Shown here: piece by piece, positions 10,291-18,703 of the stretch | Numbering within the stretch: position 1 is the stretch's first letter | Layout: each line of letters begins with the position of its first letter | Assembly (NCBI GenBank): GCA_963761615.1 | Contig: CAVXGU010000004.1 | Location: 543,537 to 607,536 of the forward strand | DNA length: 64,000 nucleotides | Source: an uncultured Acidobacteriota bacterium | Lineage (GTDB): Bacteria; Acidobacteriota; Vicinamibacteria; Vicinamibacterales; CAVVIG01 | Direction: 5' to 3' | Position numbers and translations under genes: made by a program | The notes under the pieces: model-generated | What the model saw: only the letters and a program-made list of their open reading frames with translations | The model's database searches: none | What the model was told of the DNA's origin: nothing

Positions 10291-12162
10291 CTAGAGCCCC
10301 GAGCCTGGAGCGGGGTACCGCTCGCTGATCCACGCCTCGAACCGGTCGCACATCGCGTCTTCACCCTGGCTCGAGTCGGCGAGTACCTCGGTGCCATGGA
10401 CGATGCGGATCTCGGCGTCGAGTGAGGACGGGACGTCGTGCGGATACTCCCGCGACGCCGCGGCGGCGATCGAGGCGCGGGCCTGCGTCCAGGCTTCCTC
10501 GACCGATTGGTTGCACTCCTCGGCGAGGTGACGCGCCGAGAAGCCCTCGCCGGTCAGGCTGCGCAGCGTCGCATCGTGGTCCACGCTGTTGCCCGGCGTC
10601 CAGTAGTGCTCGGCGAGCGCGGGGCCGACCGCCGGATTGTCGGTGAGGTAGCCGTGGGTCCGCAGGAAGAACGCGCGCGTCTGGTAGACGGCCATGTGGG
10701 CGAGCAGGTAGCCCTGGTACGACGCGGCGGACTCCTGGTTGAGCAGGTGCGGGATGGCGAGCATCGGACGCGGGCTCTCGATGCCGAGCACGCGGACTTC
10801 CGTCTCGCGCGCGAGCGCGAGCACCGCGTCGGGCGTCAGCGCCGCGTCGGAGAGCGCGTAGAGCGCGGACTCGAAGCAGGGCACCACGGCGATCGAACAC
10901 TCGTCGAAGGCGCGCATGGGCTGCCGGCTCGCCACCCGCTCGCGAATCAACGCCTCGGGAATGGGCGAGCCCTGCGCCGTCCGGGCATACCGGGCGAGCC
11001 AGTCGGCATCGTCGAGCAGGCTGTCGCAGAACATCGACTGCGTCTCGGCGTACGCCATCGAGGTCGGGGGATACTCCTGCGAGAAACAGGGAGCGTTCTG
11101 CACGACGTTGGCGAACTGCGCGGCGTGGCCGCCCTCGTGGAAGAGGGTGTTGATCGCACGCAGCCCGCTGCCCACCTGGTTCGGCGTGGCCTCGGAGGTG
11201 AAGTTGACGTGCGCGGGCACCCAGCGGCCGTGCTCGTCCACCCAGGCGGGGACGGGCGCGTGGCAGAAGCCGTTCTGGTACTTGCCCGGACGCTCGAGCA
11301 GGTCGAGTTGCATGACCGCGCCGCGGAACTGGATGCCGAGCCGGCGGAAGCTTTCCACCCAGCGCCGGAGCGCGAGGCCGAACGGCATGTACGGGTCCAT
11401 CTGGCGGACGACGCCGCCGGTGGCGAAGAACCGCAGGTTCCACGGCTGGAGCGCCTGGGCGCCGTGCGCCTGCCGGAGGGCGTCCAGGCTGCGCGCGCGG
11501 GCCGCACGGGTACGGGCGATGAAGTCGTCCAGGATGGCTTCGAGCGACTCGGGCGCCATCCGCTCGTTCCTGTGCAGCTTGAAGGCGAAATAGTTGTCGT
11601 AGCCCAGGGCGCGGGCCAGCCGGTTGCGCAGCTTCACGAGATCGAGGAAGCCGTGGTCGAGCACCCAGCGCTCGATCTCGCGGAACGCATCGAAGGAGCT
11701 GCGCCGCCGGGCTTCGATCGGATTGGTCGCCTGGTTGGTGGCGAGCATCGCGAGCGTCGCCGGCTCCAGCTCGCCGCGGTCGTTGACGTGGCGGGGTTCC
11801 CACTCCCGGCGCTTCGCGAAGAGCGCGGCCTCGGCCTGGATGAGCGCGCGCATCAGACCGCGGCCCTCGTCGTTGTCGATGATGTTGGCGTCGAACATCG
11901 CGAACCAGCCGTTCAGGCCGTGCAACAGCCGGTCGCGCTCGGTGCCGGGCGGCATCGCGTGCAGCCGCACGATGTGCTCGCGCGTGGCATGCAGCCTGGC
12001 CGGATCCGAGATGAAGCCCTTGAAGGCGTCCTCGGCGCGGGCGAACCCCGCCTGGTCGTCGCTGATGCCCATGTAGGTGGCCCAGAAGAGATCCTCCTTG
12101 GCCTTGTGGACGGCGTTGTAGTCGTGGTTCAGCTGCTCGAAGTACGCGCGGGCGGAGTCCAT
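10291..12162 (-). CDS. M3-family zinc metallopeptidase (oligoendopeptidase-like)
   Basis: 623-aa ORF with HExxH zinc motif (LFHEGGHAAQF) in the C-terminal half and coherent non-biased composition. Family assignment is from motif position and length. Confidence 0.7.
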   Translation of the reverse strand: MDSARAYFEQLNHDYNAVHKAKEDLFWATYMGISDDQAGFARAEDAFKGFISDPARLHATREHIVRLHAMPPGTERDRLLHGLNGWFAMFDANIIDNDEGRGLMRALIQAEAALFAKRREWEPRHVNDRGELEPATLAMLATNQATNPIEARRRSSFDAFREIERWVLDHGFLDLVKLRNRLARALGYDNYFAFKLHRNERMAPESLEAILDDFIARTRAARARSLDALRQAHGAQALQPWNLRFFATGGVVRQMDPYMPFGLALRRWVESFRRLGIQFRGAVMQLDLLERPGKYQNGFCHAPVPAWVDEHGRWVPAHVNFTSEATPNQVGSGLRAINTLFHEGGHAAQFANVVQNAPCFSQEYPPTSMAYAETQSMFCDSLLDDADWLARYARTAQGSPIPEALIRERVASRQPMRAFDECSIAVVPCFESALYALSDAALTPDAVLALARETEVRVLGIESPRPMLAIPHLLNQESAASYQGYLLAHMAVYQTRAFFLRTHGYLTDNPAVGPALAEHYWTPGNSVDHDATLRSLTGEGFSARHLAEECNQSVEEAWTQARASIAAAASREYPHDVPSSLDAEIRIVHGTEVLADSSQGEDAMCDRFEAWISERYPAPGSGL

Positions 12163-12236
12163 GGGCGTGATCTTAACGACTCTCGGCTCCCGGCTCTAGG
12201 CCCTCGGCAGATCACCGCGTGACGGCGTGACCGGCC

Positions 12237-12362
12237 GAGAGCCGAGAGCCGAGAGCCGAGAGCCGAGAGCCGAGAGCCGAGAGCCGAGAGCCGAGAGCCG
12301 AGAGCCGAGAGCCGAGAGCCGAGAGCCGAGAGCCGAGAGCCGAGAGCCCAGAGCCGAGAGCC
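12237..12362 (+). repeat. Heptamer microsatellite, 18 tandem units of GAGAGCC (one CAGAGCC variant)
   Basis: Counted by hand: 126 nt of perfect 7-nt periodicity. It runs from just after ccggcc at 12236 to the stop codon (cta, 12362-12364) of the FAD-subunit gene. It lies about 75 nt upstream of the M3 peptidase start. Confidence 0.95.
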
Positions 12363-13351
12363 TATACGAACGACGCGACCGTTCTCTTGACGAGGTTCCT
12401 CGTGAGCGGCAGCTTGTAGGCGTTGTGGGCGAGGGGACGCGCGCCTTCGACGGCCGCGGCGCCGGCGCGCTCGGCGAGGGCCGGCGTGATCCGCTGGCCT
12501 TCGAGGATCCGCTCGACGGCCGGCAGCCGCCACGGGATCGGTGCGACGCCGCCCAGGACGAGACGGGCCCGGCGGCACACTGCGCCCTCGATCTCGAGGA
12601 CCGCGGCGGCGCTCACGACGGCGTGGGTCCACGCCTCGCGATCGAGCACCTTCTGGTAGGTGCTGCGGACGGCGCCGCCCGGCGCGGGGACGCGCACCGA
12701 CGCCAGCATCTCGCCCTCGCCGAGGACGTTCTCCCGGGCGGCGTTCTGGCTGGGCAGCAGGAAGAAGTCGGCCGCGGGCACGTCGCGATCGCCGCCGGGG
12801 CCGGCCAGATGGAAGGTCGCGCCCAGGGCCACGAGGGCCGGCGCCGTGTCGGAGGGATGCACGATGTAGCTCGGGCCGCCGCCGAAGATGGCGTGGAACC
12901 GGTTCTCGCCCGTGAACGAGAAGCACTGATTCCCTCCGGCCTTGTAGCAGGGGAAGCCGTTCCGATAGTACCAGCACCAGGGGCGCTGGCAGAGGTTGCC
13001 GGCGAGCGTGCCGACGTTGCGGATCTGCGGCGTCGCGACGCCGTCTGCGGCTTCGGCCAGCACGGCGTAGCGTCCGCGCACCTCGGCGTGACGGGCGAGC
13101 GCGTCGAGCGTGACCAGCCCGCCGATCTGGAGGCCGGCCGGGCCGGCGTCGACGCGGTCGAGCCCGGCCGCGCGCCCCATCGCCTTGAGGTTCACGACGA
13201 CGTCGGGCGTGACGAGCCGATCCTTCATCATCCCGAGCAGGTCGCTGCCGCCGCCGGCGAAGGCCGCCGCGCGGCCCTCGGCGCGCGCGCGGCGGGCGAG
13301 CGCGACGGCATCCGCGACGTCCTTCGGGTTGGCGTTGGTGAAGGCCTTCAT
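12362..13351 (-). CDS. Xanthine dehydrogenase/CO dehydrogenase-family FAD-binding subunit (PaoB/CoxM-like)
   Basis: C-terminal 329 codons of ORF 12362..15847, starting MKAFTNANPKDVADAV. Motifs AFAGGGSDLLGMMK and VGTLAGNLCQRP. The ATG (13351) overlaps the upstream stop as ATGA. Confidence 0.85.
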   Translation of the reverse strand: MKAFTNANPKDVADAVALARRARAEGRAAAFAGGGSDLLGMMKDRLVTPDVVVNLKAMGRAAGLDRVDAGPAGLQIGGLVTLDALARHAEVRGRYAVLAEAADGVATPQIRNVGTLAGNLCQRPWCWYYRNGFPCYKAGGNQCFSFTGENRFHAIFGGGPSYIVHPSDTAPALVALGATFHLAGPGGDRDVPAADFFLLPSQNAARENVLGEGEMLASVRVPAPGGAVRSTYQKVLDREAWTHAVVSAAAVLEIEGAVCRRARLVLGGVAPIPWRLPAVERILEGQRITPALAERAGAAAVEGARPLAHNAYKLPLTRNLVKRTVASFV

Positions 13352-16092
13352 GCCAGGGCTCCCAGGATCTTGTCGCGGGTGATCGGCAGGTCTTTCACGC
13401 GGCGGCCGATCGCGTTGTAGACCGCGTTGGCGACGGCGGCGACTGCCGGCACCTTGCCCGACTCGCCGATGCTCTTGGCGCCGTAGGGCCCGTAGCCATC
13501 GTCGGTCTCGATGAAGATGACGTCGACGTCCGGCGCGTCGAGGTGCGTCGACAGGCGCGCGCCGTAGAAGCCGGCGGTCAGCGGCTTGCCCGACCGGCGG
13601 TCGTAGATCAGATCCTCGTGGAGGGCCATGCCGATGCCCATGATCGCGCCGCCCTTGATCTGGCTGGCGGCGGTGAGCGGGTTCATCAGGCGCCCGGCGT
13701 CGTGCACGGCCAGATACTCGGTGACGTGCACGCGTCCGAGCTCCACGTCCGCCTCGACCTCGACGAAGTGCGCGCCGAAGGCGTCGCGCGTCTTGCCCTC
13801 GACGCGCTCGGTCGGGGTCTGGGAAGCGATGAGCACCGTGTCGCCGGTCGGCATGCCCTTGGCGGCGATCTGCTGCCTGAGATCCCTGGCCGCGGCGATA
13901 ACGGCGTCGCCGGTCTGGATGGTCGTGCGGCTGCCGGACTCGCCGACCGAATAGGGACAGGTGTCGGTGTCGCCCCAGACGAGATCGATCGACGAGAGGG
14001 GGACGCCGAGCGCTTCGGCCGCGATCATCGCCATCGTCGTCTTGGCGCCCGCGCCGACGTCGGTCACGCCGACGTGGACGGCGTAGCGCCCCCGCGCGTC
14101 GAGCTTGATGACTGCACTGCTCCGGCCGACGAGCGACCGGAACACCATGAACGCCATGCCGACGCCGCGCTTGACCGGCCCGGGATCGGCCCCGGGCTTG
14201 TGCCAGCGGCGCTGCCAGCCGAACGCCTCGGCGCCACGGCGGACGCACTGCTCGAGGGTGTAGTTGGTGAAGGGGACGCCGCCGCGCCCGGTCCGCGCCA
14301 TGTTCTTGAGGACGAACTCCACCGGGTCCAGACCCAGCTGGTCGGCCACCGAGTCCATCATCGACTGGATCCCGTAGAAGCCCTGCGGGAACTCCGGGCC
14401 GCGGAAGTTCGCCGAGACGGTCTTGTTGGTGTGGACGGGCCGGATCACGCTCGACGTGTTCGCGACCTGGTACAGGTCCATGCCGCCGATGGCGCCCGAG
14501 CTCTTGTGGTACGGCCCCATGCCGCTCACGCCGTCGAGCGCGATCGCCGTCAGCGTGCCGTCGTGCGTGACGCCCACGCGGTACTTCTGCGTCGTCGGCC
14601 AGCGGCCGTGCACGCCGACGAAGTCCTCGTAGCGCGAGAGCTCGAGCTTGACGGGCGAGCCCGCGGCTCTTGCGAGGGCGGCCGCGATCAGGTCGGCGTC
14701 CTGGTTCTGGTTCTTGTTGCCGAACCCGCCGCCCATGTAGTGGCAGATCACGCGCACGTTCTCGGCCGGGATCCCCAGATCGCGGGCCGTGTCGGTGCGG
14801 CAGTTGGAGATGCCCTGCGTCGGCGTGTAGAGCGTGAGCGAATCGCCGTCCCAGCTGGCCACCGCGGCGCGCGGCTCCAGCTGCGCGTTGTGCACGAACG
14901 TGGTCGTGAAGCGATCCTCGAACACGCGGTCCGCGGCGGCGAACCCGGCGCCGACGTCGCCCTCGGTGGCGACCATCGGCTGCGGCTCGTTCTTCGCGTC
15001 GAGCGCGAGGTTGCCCTCCGGCCAGACGAGCGGCGCACCCGGCTCGAGCGCGGCGTCGTGATCGAGCACGAAGGGGAGCGGCTCGTACTCGACGTCGATC
15101 AGATGCAGCGCGTCCTCGGCGATGTGCCGATCGACGGCGGCGACGGCGGCGACCGGCTCCCCGACGAAGCGCACGGGGTTGCTGAAGATGGGGCGCTTGT
15201 GCTTCGTGATCTTCTTGATCTGATCGCTGTACTGGCGGCCCCCGGCCACCGATCCGGCGCCCCAGACGATCTGCGTCGTCTCGTGCGTGAGGATCGCGCG
15301 CACGCCGGGCAGCGCCTGTGCGCGGCTCGTGTCGATGCGCCGGATCCGCGCGTGCGGGTGGGGGCTGCGCAGCACCTGCGCGTACAGCATCCCGGGCAGC
15401 TTCACGTCGTCGGTGTAGGCGGCCGCGCCGGTGGATCGCTCGACGGCGTCGATGCGCGGCGCGGGCCGGCCGACGACCGCCAGGGGCGGCAGTCCCTCGG
15501 TCGACGCGTGGGGCGGGGCGCTGCGGCCGCCTGTCGCGACGACGGCCTCGATGTAGCGGTTGTAGTTCGAGCAGCGGCAGAGATTGCCCGTCATCGCCGC
15601 GCGCGCCTCGGCGGGGGTCGGCGTCGGGTTGGCCGCGAGCAGCGCCGTGGCGGCCATCAGCTGGCCGGACGTGCAGAAGCCGCACTGCGGGCCGTCGTGC
15701 TCGACGAACGCGTCCTGCAGCGGGCTGAGGTGCCCCTGCGGGGCGAGCCCCTCGACGGTCTGGATCGATCGCCCGTCCACCCACACCGCCAGCTGGCTGC
15801 ACGAGTACACGGGCTTGCCGTCGAGGAGCACGGTGCAGGCGCCGCACTCGCCGCGGTTACAGCCGATCTTCGTGCCGGTCAGATCGAGCTGGTCGCGCAG
15901 GACTTCGGCGAGCGTCGATCGATCTTCGACCGCGATCTCCCGCGGCGAGCCGTTCACGGTCAGGCGAATCGTCGTCTGCGGGGCCGGCGGTGCGTCGGCG
16001 GCGCCGGCCGCGGCGACGTGCGGAAGCGTGGTGGCGACGGCGACGGCTGTTCCCGTGCGTTCGAGAAATGTCCGGCGGGAAATCGGTTCCAT
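13348..16092 (-). CDS. TAT-exported molybdopterin oxidoreductase with fused N-terminal [2Fe-2S] domain (PaoA::PaoC-like fusion)
   Basis: Start MEPISRRTFLERTGTAVAVA (twin-arginine signal). 2Fe-2S motifs CNRGECGACTV and CGFCTSGQ...CRCSNY. These are followed by ~700 aa of aldehyde oxidase/xanthine dehydrogenase Moco-binding domains. Confidence 0.85.
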   Translation of the reverse strand: MEPISRRTFLERTGTAVAVATTLPHVAAAGAADAPPAPQTTIRLTVNGSPREIAVEDRSTLAEVLRDQLDLTGTKIGCNRGECGACTVLLDGKPVYSCSQLAVWVDGRSIQTVEGLAPQGHLSPLQDAFVEHDGPQCGFCTSGQLMAATALLAANPTPTPAEARAAMTGNLCRCSNYNRYIEAVVATGGRSAPPHASTEGLPPLAVVGRPAPRIDAVERSTGAAAYTDDVKLPGMLYAQVLRSPHPHARIRRIDTSRAQALPGVRAILTHETTQIVWGAGSVAGGRQYSDQIKKITKHKRPIFSNPVRFVGEPVAAVAAVDRHIAEDALHLIDVEYEPLPFVLDHDAALEPGAPLVWPEGNLALDAKNEPQPMVATEGDVGAGFAAADRVFEDRFTTTFVHNAQLEPRAAVASWDGDSLTLYTPTQGISNCRTDTARDLGIPAENVRVICHYMGGGFGNKNQNQDADLIAAALARAAGSPVKLELSRYEDFVGVHGRWPTTQKYRVGVTHDGTLTAIALDGVSGMGPYHKSSGAIGGMDLYQVANTSSVIRPVHTNKTVSANFRGPEFPQGFYGIQSMMDSVADQLGLDPVEFVLKNMARTGRGGVPFTNYTLEQCVRRGAEAFGWQRRWHKPGADPGPVKRGVGMAFMVFRSLVGRSSAVIKLDARGRYAVHVGVTDVGAGAKTTMAMIAAEALGVPLSSIDLVWGDTDTCPYSVGESGSRTTIQTGDAVIAAARDLRQQIAAKGMPTGDTVLIASQTPTERVEGKTRDAFGAHFVEVEADVELGRVHVTEYLAVHDAGRLMNPLTAASQIKGGAIMGIGMALHEDLIYDRRSGKPLTAGFYGARLSTHLDAPDVDVIFIETDDGYGPYGAKSIGESGKVPAVAAVANAVYNAIGRRVKDLPITRDKILGALA

Positions 16093-16295
16093 GGATCCCC
16101 CCGCTGCAGGTGTGCGAGCGTGCGCCGAGTCTACGCTTCGGAACCAGAAGCCGCAACCCACCGGATCTCACCAGTTCTTGTGGTCCTCTCGCGTTTTCAT
16201 ACCTTATCTTGTGGGTCGCGACTTCGCCTCATCCGACAGATACTCTGCACGCGCGGAGGAATGTCATCGATTATCATGGCGCGCCCGGAGGTCCG

Positions 16296-18431
16296 ATGAG
16301 ACGAACGATCACTCGATTGGCGGCAGCGTGCGGGTTGCTGGCGGTGGCGGTGTGGGTGACGCCGACGCTGTCGGGCCAGCAGCAACAGCAGCGCATGCCG
16401 AGCACGGCGAACGGCGAATGGCCGATGTACACGGCGAGCCTCGATGGCAGCCGGTACTCGCCGCTCGACCAGATCAACGCCAGCAACTTCAACAACCTCG
16501 AGGTTGCCTGGACGTTCAGCACGAACAACCTGGGTCCGCGCCCCGAGAACAAGCTCGAGGGCACGCCGATCATGGTCAACGGCACGCTGTACGCGACGGC
16601 AGGCACCAGCCGTTCCGTCGTGGCGCTCGATCCGGCGACGGGCCAGCTCCTGTGGACCTATCACCTCGACGAAGGTGATCGCGCCTCGCGGTGGGCGCCG
16701 CGCCAGCTCTCGGGCCGCGGGCTGTCCTACTGGACCGACGGACACGGCGACGAGCGCGTCATCTACATCACGATCGGCTACCGGCTGGTCGAGCTGAACG
16801 CCAAGACGGGCCGTCCGATCGAGACCTTCGGCACGCACGGCATCCTCGACCTGAAGGTCGGCGCCTACATCGGCAACGACAAGCAGGTGGACCTCGAAAA
16901 GGCCGAGATCGGCGTGCACTCGACGCCGACCGTCGTCAACGACACGGTGATCGTCGGGTCGTCGATGTTCGAGGGGCTGGGCTACCGCTACAGCACGAAC
17001 GTCAAGGGGCTGGTGCGCGCGTTCGACGTGCGGACGGGCAAGCAGCTCTGGCGGTTCGACACGATCCCGAAGCCGGGTGAGTTCGGCAACGAGACGTGGG
17101 AGGAGGGTTCGTGGGAGTACTCGGGCAACACCGGCGTGTGGACGCAGATCAGCGTCGACCCGGCGAACAACCTCGTGTACCTGCCGGTCGAGACGCCGAC
17201 GATCGACGAGTATGGCGGCAACCGCCCCGGCAATAACCTGTTCGCCGAGAGCATCGTCGCCGTCGACCTGCATACCGGCCAGCGCAAGTGGTACTTCCAG
17301 CAGGTGCACCACGGATTGTGGGACTTCGACAACTCGTCGGCGTCGTTGCTGATCGACACGACGGTGAACGGGCAGCCGCGGAAACTCCTGGCGCAGCCGA
17401 CCAAGCAGGGCTGGCTGTACGTCTTCGACCGGATCACGGGCGAGCCGATCTGGCCGATTGTCGAGACGCCGGTTCCGCAGACGGACATCCCGGGCGAGAA
17501 GACGTCGCCGACGCAGCCGATTCCCTCCGCGCCGCCGCCCTACTCGCGGACGTTCATCAGCAAGGACGACGTCGTGGACTTCACGCCGGCCATCCACCAG
17601 CAGGCGCTGGACAACCTGAGCCACTACCGCTGGGAGCAGTCCCCGTTCGTGCCGCCGACCGGTCCGGACTCGAAGTGGGCCGGCGCGATCAACATCGGCA
17701 ACACGGCGGGCGGGATCAACTGGCCGGGCGCGGGCTTCGATCCCGAGACGGGCATCGCCTACATGCCCGCGAGCGACGCGAACGTGTCGATTGGTTCCTT
17801 CACCCGGGAAGAGTTCGAGCAGATCCGCGTCGAGAACCAGACCCAGCCGCGGAAGCCGCGCTGGGAGGCCGAGCCGAACTACGGGCTCCCCAGTGCCCGT
17901 GGCGGTGCGCCCGCGGCGGCAGGACGTGGGGCGGCCGGCCGTGGCGCCGCAGGACGGGGCGCGGGCGGCGGCGCGGCGGCCTTCCCGGGCGGCCGGGCCG
18001 GGCTGGGCGTCGGTCTCGACGGGCTCCCGATCGTCAAGCCGCCCTACGGCGTGCTCTCGGCGATCGACCTCAAGAACGGCACCTTGAAGTTCAGCGTGAC
18101 GCGCGGCAGCACGCCGGACAACATCAAGAACAACCCGCTGCTCAAGGGTCTGGACATTCCGAAGACCGGCCAGACCGGCAACGTGGGCGAACTGATCACC
18201 AAGACGGTCGTCGTCGTCGGTGAGCCGACGGAGACCACCCAGCCCGACGGCACGCGCGCCGCGAAGCTGGAAGCCTTCGACAAGAACAACGGGGCGGTGG
18301 TCGGCGCGGTGCTGATGCCGGGGCATCAGAGCGGGTCGCCGATGACCTACTCGGTCAACGGCAAGCAGTACATCATCGTGGCGGTCAGCGGCACCGACGG
18401 CGCCGAGTACGTCGCTTACACTCTTCCATAA
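16296..18431 (+). CDS. PQQ-dependent dehydrogenase (8-bladed beta-propeller quinoprotein), paralogue 1
   Basis: RBS GGAGG precedes ATG 16296, and a signal peptide is present. Recurrent propeller motifs: DPATGQLLWTY, DVRTGKQLWRF, DLHTGQRKWYF, DRITGEPIWPI. Contains a Gly/Arg/Ala-rich insert. About 90 percent identical to the next gene. Confidence 0.8.
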   Translation: MRRTITRLAAACGLLAVAVWVTPTLSGQQQQQRMPSTANGEWPMYTASLDGSRYSPLDQINASNFNNLEVAWTFSTNNLGPRPENKLEGTPIMVNGTLYATAGTSRSVVALDPATGQLLWTYHLDEGDRASRWAPRQLSGRGLSYWTDGHGDERVIYITIGYRLVELNAKTGRPIETFGTHGILDLKVGAYIGNDKQVDLEKAEIGVHSTPTVVNDTVIVGSSMFEGLGYRYSTNVKGLVRAFDVRTGKQLWRFDTIPKPGEFGNETWEEGSWEYSGNTGVWTQISVDPANNLVYLPVETPTIDEYGGNRPGNNLFAESIVAVDLHTGQRKWYFQQVHHGLWDFDNSSASLLIDTTVNGQPRKLLAQPTKQGWLYVFDRITGEPIWPIVETPVPQTDIPGEKTSPTQPIPSAPPPYSRTFISKDDVVDFTPAIHQQALDNLSHYRWEQSPFVPPTGPDSKWAGAINIGNTAGGINWPGAGFDPETGIAYMPASDANVSIGSFTREEFEQIRVENQTQPRKPRWEAEPNYGLPSARGGAPAAAGRGAAGRGAAGRGAGGGAAAFPGGRAGLGVGLDGLPIVKPPYGVLSAIDLKNGTLKFSVTRGSTPDNIKNNPLLKGLDIPKTGQTGNVGELITKTVVVVGEPTETTQPDGTRAAKLEAFDKNNGAVVGAVLMPGHQSGSPMTYSVNGKQYIIVAVSGTDGAEYVAYTLP

Positions 18432-18444
18432 AGTCTGGTTCTGT

Positions 18445-18480
18445 CAGCGGACACGCCTTCGGGCGTGTCCGCTGCGTCTT
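18445..18480 (+). terminator. Stem-loop after PQQ dehydrogenase 1
   Basis: Perfect 13-bp stem cagcggacacgcc / ggcgtgtccgctg with loop ttcg, starting 14 nt after the stop. The tail cgtctt is only weakly U-rich. Confidence 0.5.
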
Positions 18481-18703
18481 CCGGCGGTGCGATCGCGCGA
18501 TTCCCGCCTGTTCCCGTCTTTTGTGCTCCCACCATCGAGTCAGCCGGACGCGGCCCGCGGCGCCGCGGCGGGCCCGCCAGGCGAGGCGCTATAATTTCCG
18601 AATCGACACACGGCGAAGTGGGGCCGATAGACCGTTTTTTCACAATTCGGACTCTGCGCGGAAAGCCGCGTAATCGCATATCATTGCGACCCTTGGAGGT
18701 CTA

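Noticed and set aside
12237-12362. Tested the heptamer arrays and the 101-bp tandem repeat (49509-49715) as possible CRISPR arrays
   Set aside because: There are no unique spacers between repeats. The units are directly abutting microsatellite or tandem duplications, and no cas genes are in the window.
12227-13420. 397-aa plus-strand ORF starting with (REPRAES)n
   Set aside because: The repeat peptide is just the translation of the GAGAGCC heptamer array. The remainder is antisense to the FAD-subunit gene.
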